DNA of 64,000 nucleotides from Actinomycetota bacterium (GTDB lineage Bacteria; Actinomycetota; CADDZG01; WHSQ01). The stretch spans positions 677-64,676 of the forward strand of contig JBHEMX010000092.1 in NCBI GenBank assembly GCA_046262355.1, read 5' to 3'. The stretch's first letter is position 1, and every line of letters begins with the position of its first letter. The notes beneath the pieces are model-generated. The model saw only the letters and a program-made list of their open reading frames with translations, searched no databases and was not told the DNA's origin. This document shows, in pieces, positions 1 through 9,724 of this stretch. A program made the translations under genes and the position numbers.

Positions 1-225
1 GCGACCGAACTTCCCACAGCCAAGGATGGATCGGTAGATGAAGCCGGCTCGGGCATGGAAGTCGTGGACGAGGTTGAAGATCTCGCGGCCGGCAAGGCCG
101 AGACCCTCACCGTGGATCTTGACGCAGGCCACTACGTTCTGATCTGCAACGTGGTCGAGAAGGAAGAGGGTAAGACGGTGTCTCACTATCAGAACGGGAT
201 GCGCGCAGAGTTGACGGCGGAGTAA
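1..225 (+). CDS. cupredoxin-like copper-binding domain protein, 3' fragment (start upstream of window)
   Basis: Frame 1 is open from base 1 to TAA 223-225. Hand translation ...AGKAETLTVDLDAGHYVLICNVVEKEEGKTVSHYQNGMRAELTAE shows Cys...His-x4-Met spacing like type-1 Cu ligands. Below the ORF-track size cutoff. Confidence 0.45.
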   Translation, partial: ATELPTAKDGSVDEAGSGMEVVDEVEDLAAGKAETLTVDLDAGHYVLICNVVEKEEGKTVSHYQNGMRAELTAE

Positions 226-269
226 GCGCAGGGGGCCGATCCTTCGACAACATGGTTCCGCCGGCCCGG

Positions 270-1457
270 CTATCGGTTCGGCGCGGTGGAGGAGGTGGCT
301 GCCGTCCGCAGCGGCGGGAAGTGGACGGCCAGTCCCTCGGCCTCGACCTGAAAGAGCGACTCGGCGTGTGTGAGCCCGGCCAGGCGATGCGGTCCGAGGC
401 TCTGGAGGCGGACGCCCGCGGGCAACGATCCTTCGACGGCGGCCTTCGTCTCGCCGGAGACCACGATCTGGCCGCCGTGGCCCGCGGAGCAAACCCGAGC
501 CGCGGTGTGGACGGAGAGCCCGATGTACCCGGTATCCGTCAGGGTGGGGCGCCCGCTGTGGAGGCCGGCGCGGATCCGGACGGTGAGATCGCCGGGCCGG
601 CTGCGCTCGCTCAGCGCACGCTGGATGGTGAGGGCCGCCTCGATGGCGGCGCCGACGCGCTCGAAGACCGCGAAGAACTCGTCGGCTCGGGCGTCGACCT
701 CGCGCCCGCCTGCAGGAAGCACGGCTTGCCGGATCGTGGTCCGGACGTCGTTCAGCAGGTCCCCGTAGCCGTCGCCGAGCTTCCTCAGGAGAGCGGTGGA
801 GTTCTCGATGTCGGTCAACAGGAACGTGACGAAGCCGGTGGGCAGCGTTGCGGCGTCGGTTGAGCGAGCCTGGACCTCGCCCTGGACGCTCTCCTTGTCG
901 ATGACGAAGCGCACCGCGGCCAGCACGGTCTCGGCGAGATCAGGGTCTTCGAGCACGGCCGGATCGTGCACGAGCGCGGTCATCGGGCGACCCCGACGCT
1001 CGAGGAAGGTGACCGCCCGTTGTTGTCCCTCGGCGGGGAGCGGAACCGGCTTGCCTGCGCCATCCACGTAGGAGCCGGCCGCCTCCGACCAGTGCAGGAC
1101 GCTGAGGGTGCGATCGCCGAGGACGTGCCGCAACTGCTCCTCGAGCTCGCCGGCCGCCCCCATCCGGCCCAACTCGATCACCACGCGACCGGCGGCCGCG
1201 TCTCTGCGCTCCGCTCGGAGCTGGCCGGTGATGAACCCGACGGGCACGATGCCGTGCTTCTTGGCGGCGTTCAGCACTCGCTTTCGAGCGCGTTCCCGGG
1301 CCGCATCGTTCTCGAAGGAGACCTGATCGAACCGGGCGAGGGCGGCCCGCAAGTGCGCTTCGTCGTGTATCGGCAGCCGTCGCCGGCCGCGCGAGTCGAT
1401 GTAGGCGAATGCGCTGTCCGGAAGGCTTGCCCGTTCGCTGGCGCTGAGCCTGACCAT
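270..1457 (-). CDS. class III adenylate/guanylate cyclase with uncharacterised N-terminal domains
   Basis: ORF 270..1511. The C-terminal FVTFLLTDIENSTALL...DEFFAVF...RIRAGLHSG...GYIGLSVHTAARV is a cyclase homology domain. N-terminus reads SASERASLPDSAFAYIDSRGRRRLPIHDEAHLRAALARF. Start uncertain: ATG 1457 preferred, ATG 1481 or TTG 1511 possible. Confidence 0.8.
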   Translation of the reverse strand: MVRLSASERASLPDSAFAYIDSRGRRRLPIHDEAHLRAALARFDQVSFENDAARERARKRVLNAAKKHGIVPVGFITGQLRAERRDAAAGRVVIELGRMGAAGELEEQLRHVLGDRTLSVLHWSEAAGSYVDGAGKPVPLPAEGQQRAVTFLERRGRPMTALVHDPAVLEDPDLAETVLAAVRFVIDKESVQGEVQARSTDAATLPTGFVTFLLTDIENSTALLRKLGDGYGDLLNDVRTTIRQAVLPAGGREVDARADEFFAVFERVGAAIEAALTIQRALSERSRPGDLTVRIRAGLHSGRPTLTDTGYIGLSVHTAARVCSAGHGGQIVVSGETKAAVEGSLPAGVRLQSLGPHRLAGLTHAESLFQVEAEGLAVHFPPLRTAATSSTAPNR

Positions 1458-1700
1458 GCGCCGACAATATCCGGGGACCATGCCCCACGGAGTGTGTGAC
1501 GAACGCGGCAAGCGCTAGACAAGAGGGGCCATTCGAGGGAGGGTTCGCGCGACCTGAGCTTTGGTCCTGTGGCCACGCTCCGTGTCGGTGGAGGACGGAT
1601 GGTCGGACGCGCCGGCGGAGAGCTCCAAACCGGTTCAGCGGTCTGAGGTTTCGGCCCCGAGGTCAACCGTCGAGGGCCGGCGCCGAGATCGGCGTGACGA

Positions 1701-2696
1701 TCAGCGCTGCACCGAGCTCGGCAACGGGCTCGGCAGTGGCCGTCGAAGCTCGACCCCAAGGGCGGCCCCGCCTCGGCTGCTGGCGAGGCCCATCAGCGCG
1801 ATCGTGACCGAGAGCAGCGCGATCCCGAGCCACTGTGTGCCTCCGAGGGTGGTTCCGAACGCGATGTAGTTGATCGCCACCGCGCTGAGCGGAAACGCCA
1901 GCTCACCCAACGTCGCCGCGGCCGCCGGCGTCCTGTGCAGGCCCCGGTAATAGATGAGGAGAGCGAGGAGCCCCGGGATGAGGGCCAGCAGGAGCAGCGC
2001 GAGGCCGGCGCGCGCGTCGATCGCTCCCATGCTCGCGGCGTCGCCCTGGACCCACATGATGACGGCGGCGGCCGGAAGCCCGACCGCGAAACGGAGCGCG
2101 GTGAGCTGCTTGAACTCCACCTTGGATGTGAGATGTCGCCCCAGGACGGTCCCGAGCCCCCACAGAGCCGCAGCTCCGGTGGCAAGGGCGGCGGGCACGA
2201 ACTCGTCGACGCTCACGTGCAGCGGTTCGGGGAAGGTTATGAGGTACGCACCCCCCAAGCCGCTGAAGAAGTAGAGGACGTAGCGCGGCAGGAGTCGCTC
2301 GCCGAGCAGGATCGCCGCACCGGCTATGGCGAACAGCGGCTGCAGCTTCTGGAGCAGCAAGGGCGTGGTCGGGTCCCCGTAGGTGAATGCCTCCGTGAAC
2401 AGGATCGTCGCGGTGGCGGAGGCGCCCACGCCGACGAAGGCGAGCGCGAGCCAATCCTTCCTCGAAAAGCCGCGCACGGCGCCTCGGGCGGAGACCACAA
2501 GCGGAGCGGTGGCCACGACGAGGATCGCATGTTCAGCGAACACCACCACGGACGCCGGGAGCTCGAGCGCGAGCCCCCTGCGGAACAGCGCATCGCTGCC
2601 CCACATCGCCGCGGCCAGGGTGACGAGCAGGAATCCGTTGGCCTCAACGCTTCTCGCGAGCTGCGCGTGGTGGCGGCGGGACATGCGCCGGGACAT
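1701..2696 (-). CDS. EamA/DMT-family transporter (two EamA repeats)
   Basis: 331 aa, hydrophobic throughout with about 10 TM segments and internal duplication typical of drug/metabolite transporters (AAMWGSDALF..., AALWGLGTVLG...). Confidence 0.8.
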   Translation of the reverse strand: MSRRMSRRHHAQLARSVEANGFLLVTLAAAMWGSDALFRRGLALELPASVVVFAEHAILVVATAPLVVSARGAVRGFSRKDWLALAFVGVGASATATILFTEAFTYGDPTTPLLLQKLQPLFAIAGAAILLGERLLPRYVLYFFSGLGGAYLITFPEPLHVSVDEFVPAALATGAAALWGLGTVLGRHLTSKVEFKQLTALRFAVGLPAAAVIMWVQGDAASMGAIDARAGLALLLLALIPGLLALLIYYRGLHRTPAAAATLGELAFPLSAVAINYIAFGTTLGGTQWLGIALLSVTIALMGLASSRGGAALGVELRRPLPSPLPSSVQR

Positions 2697-2752
2697 TACC
2701 AGCGCCCCGTCGTCACGGTACTCTCGAGGGCGCCTGCTAAGAAGGGAGCGCG

Positions 2753-2992
2753 ATGCAAGGTCACGCCACGCTCGTCCTCTGTGATGTCTGCGGGAGGGCG
2801 ATCCCCGATCAATCCGCGAAGGAAGTGGTCTACCAGGTCACGAAGCTCCGCTTCCGGCTGGAGCTCTGCCCGACGTGCCTCGATGGAGAGATGAAACGGC
2901 ACGAGGGGCACCGAGGCATCCCCGGCTTCCACAAGCGTGCGGCGATCATCTTCCCGGTCGCCTCAGAAGATGACCTCCCAAGCCGTCGCTGA
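2753..2992 (+). CDS. small zinc-ribbon-like hypothetical protein
   Basis: 79 aa with CDVC...CPTC pairs. GGGAG Shine-Dalgarno a few nt upstream of the ATG. Third codon positions mostly G/C. Confidence 0.5.
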   Translation: MQGHATLVLCDVCGRAIPDQSAKEVVYQVTKLRFRLELCPTCLDGEMKRHEGHRGIPGFHKRAAIIFPVASEDDLPSRR

Positions 2993-2997
2993 ACGGG

Positions 2998-3807
2998 TTG
3001 TTCGCGCGGCCGTCGGGCCCTCGGGGTGACGAGGTCCTCGCATCCTCGAGGCACGAGGCACATCTGCGGCATCATCGCGGGGTGAGCAGCGCCGATCGGT
3101 CGTGGCAAGCAGGTCTGCAGGGAGCGGCTCGAACCATCGGGGCCGGGCTGTGGGCGGGCCTCATCTCCGGCTTCCTGTGGGGCGGCGTCGGTGGTCGTCT
3201 GGCCATGTTCGTCTTGCGCCTGACCTCGGATCCGTCGCTGCGCGGCCTCGAGACCGACGACGGGTTCATCATCGGCCGGTTCTCTTCGGAAACAGGGTTC
3301 CTGGTCCTGTTCACAACTGCGCTCGGCGGCTTGGGCGGGCTCTTCTACCTCGCGGTGCGACCGTGGTTGCCGCAGAGGTACCGGCCCGCCGTCATGGCGG
3401 TCATCGGCGCGGCGGTAGGAGGTGCCCTCGTGATCCGTCCGGAAGGCATCGACTTCACACTGCTCGCTCCCTTGTCGCTCGCCATCGCGATGTTCCTCGC
3501 CCTGCCTGCGCTGTACGGAGCGGTGATGAGCGCGCTTGCCGAAAGGTTCCTGGCCGAGAGCAGCGGCGCGCGGCGGGGCGCCTGGATCGCCTCTCTGCTG
3601 CCGCTCGCCGGTTTCGCTATCGCCGGTGTGTTCGGGCTCGTCCTGGTGGGGGCCTTGGCGGCGCTGTGGGCGCTCGACCGGAGGTTGCCGCTCGCGGAGC
3701 TGTGGTGCTCACGACCGATGACATGGGTCGGCCGAGCCGCACTCGCGCTGGCGGTCGTGGTCGCATCCGTAGCACTGACCGGCGACGTTGCAGAGGTCCT
3801 TCGCTAG
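2998..3807 (+). CDS. hypothetical integral membrane protein
   Basis: 269-aa ORF with about 6 hydrophobic helices (GLWAGLISGFLWGGVGG, LVLFTTALGGLGGLFYLAV, ...). True start may be the internal GTG at 3082. Confidence 0.55.
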   Translation: MFARPSGPRGDEVLASSRHEAHLRHHRGVSSADRSWQAGLQGAARTIGAGLWAGLISGFLWGGVGGRLAMFVLRLTSDPSLRGLETDDGFIIGRFSSETGFLVLFTTALGGLGGLFYLAVRPWLPQRYRPAVMAVIGAAVGGALVIRPEGIDFTLLAPLSLAIAMFLALPALYGAVMSALAERFLAESSGARRGAWIASLLPLAGFAIAGVFGLVLVGALAALWALDRRLPLAELWCSRPMTWVGRAALALAVVVASVALTGDVAEVLR

Positions 3808-3870
3808 CGGTCACGTCATCGGCGGCGGTCCCCCCGCGCGCCGAGCCCGACTACTCGTAGAGTTGCGTCG

Positions 3871-4809
3871 GTGACCTTCCTGATCGACTCGGATACCGCG
3901 GGCGACGACGTTGCCTCCTTGCTGTTCGGGCTCAGGTGGCCCGGCGTCACGCTCGAGGCCCCAACGATCGCGGCCGGCAACGTTCATCTCCACCAGGCCG
4001 TGCGCAACGCTCTGATCACGGTCGAGACGGCCGAACGAACCGACGTGCCCGTGCACCCGGGAGCCGATCGTCCGTTGCTGAAGCCTCTCGTCACCGCGCA
4101 CTACGTTCACGGCGACGACGGCATGGGCAACTCGAACTTCCCGCCGCCGAACGTCGTGGCGTCGTCTCAACACGCTGTCGACGCGATCCTAGACATCGCG
4201 ACGCGCCACGCGGGCGAGATCGAGATCATCGCCCAAGCCCCGTTGACGAACCTCGCCCTCGCCTTCATGAAGGACCCGGAGCTTCCGGCCAAGGTGAGAA
4301 GGCTGTGGATCATGGGCGGGAGCAACAACGCGCTCGGCAACATCACCCCCGCGGCGGAGTTCAACTTCTACGTCGATCCCGACGCCGCTCATATCGTCAT
4401 GAACGCCGGCTTCACCGTGACGCTCGTACCGTGGGACGTATGCCTGCGGGACGGCGTCATCATGCGCGCGGAGCTAGGGCCGATCCTCGAGATGGGAAGC
4501 GAGCTGAGCGAGTTCTACCTCGCCGTGAATCGCGCCGCGTGGGACTTCATGCGCACGCATTCCGAGGGTGCGGGCATCGACGGCATAAGCCATCCGGACT
4601 CGCTCATGATGGCGATGGCGATCGATGGCCGGGTCATCGTCGACAGCGCCAACCTCTTCGTCGACGTCGAGCACCGCGGAGAGCTTACGAGTGGCTACAG
4701 CCTCGTGGACGTCAACGGTGTGCTTCACAGACCGCCCAATGCCGAGGTCGTCCTGAGGGCGAACAAGGAGCGCTTCAAGGAGATGCTCATCGAGCTGTTG
4801 CGCAGCTGA
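3871..4809 (+). CDS. nucleoside hydrolase (inosine/uridine-preferring family)
   Basis: GTG start. N-terminal FLIDSDTAGDDV matches the DxDxxxDD motif of IU-nucleoside hydrolases. Length 312 aa is typical. Confidence 0.85.
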   Translation: MTFLIDSDTAGDDVASLLFGLRWPGVTLEAPTIAAGNVHLHQAVRNALITVETAERTDVPVHPGADRPLLKPLVTAHYVHGDDGMGNSNFPPPNVVASSQHAVDAILDIATRHAGEIEIIAQAPLTNLALAFMKDPELPAKVRRLWIMGGSNNALGNITPAAEFNFYVDPDAAHIVMNAGFTVTLVPWDVCLRDGVIMRAELGPILEMGSELSEFYLAVNRAAWDFMRTHSEGAGIDGISHPDSLMMAMAIDGRVIVDSANLFVDVEHRGELTSGYSLVDVNGVLHRPPNAEVVLRANKERFKEMLIELLRS

Positions 4810-4865
4810 TCGTCCGGTGAGTGCACCGTGAGTGGCGCATCTCGCAACCTACGGCGCGCCGGCCT

Positions 4866-6206
4866 TCAGCGTCGCGTTGCGGCGGCCTCTGCCCGCTCGA
4901 TCAACGCGTCGGCGCAGGCACGGATGTCTCGCTTCTCGTCGTCCGTGGCGCGCGCGACCCGTTGTTGCACGAGCTGTTCGCAGCGAGCCACGACCTGTGG
5001 CCACGACTCGGGATCGTCTCCCGCGGCCTGCAGGGCGCGCCGCAGCCAGCGTCGCCCATAGCCTGCATGGATCGCCTCGTCGGCCCAATCGAAATCCATG
5101 TCGCGCTGGCTCGTGCGGTCGCCGAGCGCGCCGAACTCCTCCGCGCGCTCGCGTTTGCGCCCGATGTTCTTGGTCTCGAAGAACGCGAGCATGCCGAGCC
5201 TGTGGACCGGGTCCTGGTCCCGGCACGCGTCGTAGATATAGGAGCCGAGCGGGACGCCGGAGGGTTCGAGACCCCACCACTCCAGTCGCACCTTGCCCAT
5301 CGTCATGTGGCGGCTCTCGTCGTAGAGCCAGCGGGCCGCGTCGAAGATGAACTCCCATCCCAGAGGCTGGGCGAGCCCCTGGAGGATCGCTCCCGCGGTC
5401 TCCACGGCCCACACCTCATTGAGATGGCTCACGGCGCTGCGCACCTGCAGGCGCAGCCCCTCCCCATAGGGGTACGAAGGGTCGACGGCGTCGGGCCAGT
5501 AGAAGGTGCAGCGGAAGTAGTGGGGATCGCGCGCGGGTACCTGCGCGAGCGTGAACGGCTCGCCCGGCGCGATCACCGCGTCCACTTCCGCCGAGGCGCC
5601 CGGTGGTGCGATGCCGGCGCCCCGTGGCTCGAGGCCGAGGCCTCCCCAGCGCTCGAGACGGCGCGCGAGCTTCGAGACCCATCTCTGCGCGCTTGCGCCC
5701 TGTTCGGGGCGCAGCTCCAGCTCCGCCCCGGCCGCCGTCGCTAGGTCGCGCTCTTGGGCCGCCTTCTCGCGCACTGCGAGCTCCAGGAACCGGCGCGTGG
5801 GGCCGTCGGCGACGTCGTCGGACGCCTCGAGGTAGCGCTCGTAGGCGCGCCGCAGAGCGGGCGTGAACAAGGCGGCGAGCGCATGCAGTAGCGCCGCGCC
5901 GCCCGGCGCATGCAGCGCGGCGTCGAACAGCGTGACGAGCTCCACCTCGTCGCCGACGTCGAGCGCGCGATCCGGGTAGCGCAGCTCGAAGACGCGCGCG
6001 CGCAAGGCATCGGCGGTCATCGCGTCCTCCCACGCGCAGCGGGACAGCAGTTGCTTGGACTCGAGCCGATGTACGGCCGGCACCCATCCGCCGCACGCGA
6101 TGACGAGGGCGCGCTCGAGGTGGAAGAAGCGCTTGAGCACGACGGCGCTGTCGAGCCGCATGAGGCGGTCCCTTCCCGGCTCGAGTGGCAGGATCGCCTC
6201 GCTCAT
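4866..6206 (-). CDS. ferritin-like di-iron protein of unknown function (DUF455/MiaE-like C-terminal half)
   Basis: ORF 4866..6281. Start taken at ATG 6206, which forms an ATGA overlap with the ribokinase stop (6203-6205). The C-terminal half has NEVWAVE...DESRH...FFETKN...DEAIH, i.e. E / ExxH / E / ExxH. Confidence 0.6.
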   Translation of the reverse strand: MSEAILPLEPGRDRLMRLDSAVVLKRFFHLERALVIACGGWVPAVHRLESKQLLSRCAWEDAMTADALRARVFELRYPDRALDVGDEVELVTLFDAALHAPGGAALLHALAALFTPALRRAYERYLEASDDVADGPTRRFLELAVREKAAQERDLATAAGAELELRPEQGASAQRWVSKLARRLERWGGLGLEPRGAGIAPPGASAEVDAVIAPGEPFTLAQVPARDPHYFRCTFYWPDAVDPSYPYGEGLRLQVRSAVSHLNEVWAVETAGAILQGLAQPLGWEFIFDAARWLYDESRHMTMGKVRLEWWGLEPSGVPLGSYIYDACRDQDPVHRLGMLAFFETKNIGRKRERAEEFGALGDRTSQRDMDFDWADEAIHAGYGRRWLRRALQAAGDDPESWPQVVARCEQLVQQRVARATDDEKRDIRACADALIERAEAAATRR

Positions 6207-7162
6207 CGCGACGGGCCTGTCAGCAGCGCCTCGACGTCGGCGCGCCGCGGCAGCGACGGGATCACCCCGAGCTTCGTGCACGCGAGCGCGCCGGCCGCGA
6301 CCGCGCGCGCGACCGCATCCTCGAGCGCCTCACGGCGCGCGAGTCCCGCCGCGAGCGTCCCGTTGAAAGCGTCGCCTGCGCCGGTGGAATCGACCACGTC
6401 GACCGGCTGCGCAGGCAGCGCGACGCTGCCGTCGCTCGTCACGATCACGGCACCCTCGCTGCCGCGCGTAAGCACGACGGTATGGGCGCCGAGCGCCAGC
6501 AGCCTCCCGCAGGCTTCCATGTCGTCGATCGGATCGGCCGGCGACAGCCCCAGCAGTATGCGAGCCTCCGTCTGGTTGGGCGTGAGGATGTCGGCGACGT
6601 CGAAGATCTCCGGCGGCAGAGGCCTCACCGGCGCGGGGTTGAGCACCGTGAGCGCACCTTTCTCTCTGCCGAGCCGCAGTCCCTCGTGCGCGGCCTCCAC
6701 GGGGATCTCGAGCTGTGCCATCACCACCGCGCTGGTTGCGATCGCAGCGGCCGCATCCGCCACGTCGGCGCGCGCGAAGAGCGCGTTGGCGCCGGGATCG
6801 AGAAGGATGCGATTATCGCCGGCGGCGTCGATCACGATGAAGCCGAGCCCGGTGTTGCGCGCCGACGTCCTGCGCAGGAAAGTTGTGCCGACCCCCTCCT
6901 CGGCGAACAGCGCGTCGGCGACGTCGCCGAAGGCATCATCGCCCAGGCGGCCGACGAACTCCACGGGTGCGCCCATGCGCGCGACCTGAACCGCCTGGTT
7001 GCTGCCCTTGCCGCCGGGACCCTGATCGAAGTCACGCGCGAGAACCGTCTCTCCGGACACCGGGAAGCGGTCGGCGCGCAGCGTGAGGCCGACGGCGAAG
7101 CTGCCGACCACGGTGACCCGTCCTTGGGCGAAGCTCGTCCGGTCATCCATCGGCGTCCACAA
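6203..7162 (-). CDS. rbsK: ribokinase (PfkB family)
   Basis: GPGGKGSNQAVQVARMG near the N-terminus and DSTGAGDAFNG near the C-terminus are ribokinase/PfkB signatures. Alternative start at ATG 7150. Confidence 0.85.
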   Translation of the reverse strand: MWTPMDDRTSFAQGRVTVVGSFAVGLTLRADRFPVSGETVLARDFDQGPGGKGSNQAVQVARMGAPVEFVGRLGDDAFGDVADALFAEEGVGTTFLRRTSARNTGLGFIVIDAAGDNRILLDPGANALFARADVADAAAAIATSAVVMAQLEIPVEAAHEGLRLGREKGALTVLNPAPVRPLPPEIFDVADILTPNQTEARILLGLSPADPIDDMEACGRLLALGAHTVVLTRGSEGAVIVTSDGSVALPAQPVDVVDSTGAGDAFNGTLAAGLARREALEDAVARAVAAGALACTKLGVIPSLPRRADVEALLTGPSR

Positions 7163-7228
7163 GTATGGTCACGACGACCCGCTGCGTCTCCACGGGACGC
7201 CTGCAATGGCGCCAACGAAGGAGCGACG

Positions 7229-9208
7229 ATGACGAAGCCCAAGGAGCGGCGGTTCCGTCCGGCCGATGTGCACGAGCAGGTCATGATCCAGGAGCTCGCG
7301 CTGTCGCCGGACGGCTCGAGCGTCGTCTACGCACGTCGCACGATCGAGGACGGCAAGTACCGCAAGCGCCTGTGGCGCGTCGATACCGACGGCGGAAGGC
7401 CGGAACAGCTGACGTTCGCGCCGGCGCGCGACGGCGCGCCGAGGTTCTCGCCGGACGGGACGATGTTGCTGTTCCTCTCGGATCGCTCCGGGCGGGCTCA
7501 GCCGTGGGTCATGCCGGTGGGAGGCGGCGAAGCGCGTCGGGTTGCGGAGCTCGAGGGCGACGTCGCCGGCGCGGAGTGGTCGCCGGACGGCAGACGACTG
7601 GCGCTGCTCGCGCCCAGCGGGAAGGATCGTTACATCGTCGGCCGATCCGAGGACCCGATCGCCCGCCGCATCACCGACCTCACGTGGCAGCTCGACGACG
7701 TCGGCAAGCGGGACCAGTTCAAGAGCGTGTGGGTCGCGCGCCTCGCCGGGGGCAAGCCGAGGAGGATCGTCAAGTCGTCGTTCGAGGCGGCCGCTCCCCT
7801 GTGGTCGCGCGACGGGAAGCGGATCTGCTTCCTCGCCGATCGTCGCCCCGGGGCCGCCATCATGGAGGAGCCCCAGCTGTGGGCCGTGCCGCGCCGCGGC
7901 GGCGAGCCGTCCGAGCTGGCTGCCTTGAAGGGAGCGATCGAGGCTGCGTCGTGGTCGCCGGGCGGCAGACTCGTCGCCGTCGGAGTGGATCGACGGGCGA
8001 CCCCCGAGTGGGCCAACCGCGGCCTCTTCGTCGTCGAGGACGGCAAGGCTCGCCGGCTGGCGCCGGAGCGCGACCTCACCGTGACGATCTCTAGCTACGG
8101 CGATCTCGTGGATCCCGACGCCGTCTTCGGCCTCGCGTGGAGCGACGAGACCGTCATCGCGCTGGTAAGCGAAGCGGGGAGCACGCTCCCCTGCGCCTTC
8201 TCGCTCGACGGCGGCTTCGAGCGCCTCCTCGAGCGCGAGGCGATCTGCACCGCGGTCGCGGCGGCCGCGGGGCGCGTGGTGGTCGTCGCCAACGACGGAG
8301 AGCGACCCGGGGAGGTCTATGCGCTCGAGGGCGGCGAGATGCGCCCGCTCACCGACCATGGCGGCCGCTGGTTCGAGCCCTTTCGGAGGGTGCCGGAGCG
8401 TCATCGCATCAGCCATCCCCAGGGCCACGACGTCGATGCCTGGCTCGTCCGCGCGCGCGGCAAGAGGACGGCTCGGCCGTTGGTGGTGCAGGTCCACGGC
8501 GGTCCGCACGCGAGCCATGGACCGACGCCGTGGCTCGAGATGATCGCCCTCGCCGATGCCGGGATACACGTCCTCTATGCCAATCCGCGCGGCTCCACGA
8601 GCTACGGAGAGGACTTCGCCCGAGCTCTGCACGGAGCCTGGGGGGACCCGGACGGCTCGGACATCATGGCGCTGCTGGACTGGGCGGTGGAGGAGGGCCT
8701 GACGAGCCCCGGACGCATCGGCGTGCTCGGCCTCTCCTACGGCGGCCACATGGTGAACTGGCTGCTCGGGCACTTCCCCGGCCGGTTCGCGGCGGGAGTC
8801 AGCGAGAACCCCGTCACCGACATGGTCGGCGAGTTCGGCGAGTCCGACTTCGGCGTCGCGGTCGACGAGACGGCGGTCGGAGCGGGCAGGCTCCCCGAGG
8901 ACATCGATGCGTTCCTCGAGCGCTCGCCGTACCTGCAGCTCCACAAGAGCGACGCCCCGCTGCTGTTGCTGCAGTCCGAGGAGGATCTGAGGTGCCCCGC
9001 GGGGCAGACCCAGCTCGCCTTCACTATGCTGAGGGCGCGCGGGGCGGAGGTCGAGATGGTGCTCTATCCCAAGGAGTTCCACTACCTCGTCGGCACCGGC
9101 CGCCCCGATCGCCGCGTCGATCGCATCGAGCGGATCGTGGACTGGTTCGAGCGTCACCTCCGCGCAGCCAAGGGCTCCACCGGGCGCACCGCCACCAAGG
9201 GGGATTGA
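7229..9208 (+). CDS. S9 family serine peptidase (prolyl oligopeptidase / acylaminoacyl-peptidase type)
   Basis: In-frame ATG at 7229 (MTKPKERRF) inside the run-on ORF 6185..9208. N-terminal beta-propeller repeats (SPDG..., WSPDGRRLA). C-terminal VLGLSYGGHM (GxSxGG nucleophile elbow) and a later Asp/His region. Confidence 0.85.
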   Translation: MTKPKERRFRPADVHEQVMIQELALSPDGSSVVYARRTIEDGKYRKRLWRVDTDGGRPEQLTFAPARDGAPRFSPDGTMLLFLSDRSGRAQPWVMPVGGGEARRVAELEGDVAGAEWSPDGRRLALLAPSGKDRYIVGRSEDPIARRITDLTWQLDDVGKRDQFKSVWVARLAGGKPRRIVKSSFEAAAPLWSRDGKRICFLADRRPGAAIMEEPQLWAVPRRGGEPSELAALKGAIEAASWSPGGRLVAVGVDRRATPEWANRGLFVVEDGKARRLAPERDLTVTISSYGDLVDPDAVFGLAWSDETVIALVSEAGSTLPCAFSLDGGFERLLEREAICTAVAAAAGRVVVVANDGERPGEVYALEGGEMRPLTDHGGRWFEPFRRVPERHRISHPQGHDVDAWLVRARGKRTARPLVVQVHGGPHASHGPTPWLEMIALADAGIHVLYANPRGSTSYGEDFARALHGAWGDPDGSDIMALLDWAVEEGLTSPGRIGVLGLSYGGHMVNWLLGHFPGRFAAGVSENPVTDMVGEFGESDFGVAVDETAVGAGRLPEDIDAFLERSPYLQLHKSDAPLLLLQSEEDLRCPAGQTQLAFTMLRARGAEVEMVLYPKEFHYLVGTGRPDRRVDRIERIVDWFERHLRAAKGSTGRTATKGD

Positions 9209-9217
9209 CGGACCGCG

Positions 9218-9724
9218 ATGATCGACGTCCGGCCGCTCGCAACTGCCGACGAGTACGACGCCGTCTTGCCTCTCATCGCCGACTACCAACGGTTCTACGA
9301 GGTCGAGGACATAGACTCGGAGCGGAACCGCGCCTTCTTCCGCCGCTTCCTCGCGCCGAGCGACGATGGGCTCCTGGTGGGGGCGTGGGACGACGGCGCG
9401 CTCATCGGTTTCACCTGCCTCGTGTGGACCTTCAGCTCGCTGCATGCGGCCGAGATCGTGTTGCTGGCCGACCTGCTCGTCGCCGCTGAGGCGCGCGGCA
9501 GAGGCGTGGGGCGCGCCCTCATCGACGCGGCCGTGGAGGCGGGTCGGGCTCGCGGCGCCCACCACGTCGAGTGGTTGACCCACATCGACAACCGGCGCGC
9601 CCAGCGCCTCTACGAGAGCGTGGGCGCCGAGCGTTCGGCGTGGTTCGGCTACGAGATCCCGCTCCGCGAGGGTCCGCCCGCCTCGCCGGGGGATGGGTCG
9701 CCCGCAGCCGCGCCCGAGATTTAG
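9218..9724 (+). CDS. GNAT family N-acetyltransferase
   Basis: 168 aa. RGRGVGRALIDAAVEAGRARGAHHVEWLTHIDNRRAQRLYESVG is the acetyl-CoA-binding motif A region. Confidence 0.8.
   Translation: MIDVRPLATADEYDAVLPLIADYQRFYEVEDIDSERNRAFFRRFLAPSDDGLLVGAWDDGALIGFTCLVWTFSSLHAAEIVLLADLLVAAEARGRGVGRALIDAAVEAGRARGAHHVEWLTHIDNRRAQRLYESVGAERSAWFGYEIPLREGPPASPGDGSPAAAPEI

Noticed and set aside
6185-9208. 1007-aa ORF that looks like a giant fusion protein
   Set aside because: Its first 348 codons or so are antisense to the well-supported ribokinase gene and translate to Arg/Ala/Gly-rich junk. The recognisable S9 peptidase begins at the in-frame ATG 7229.
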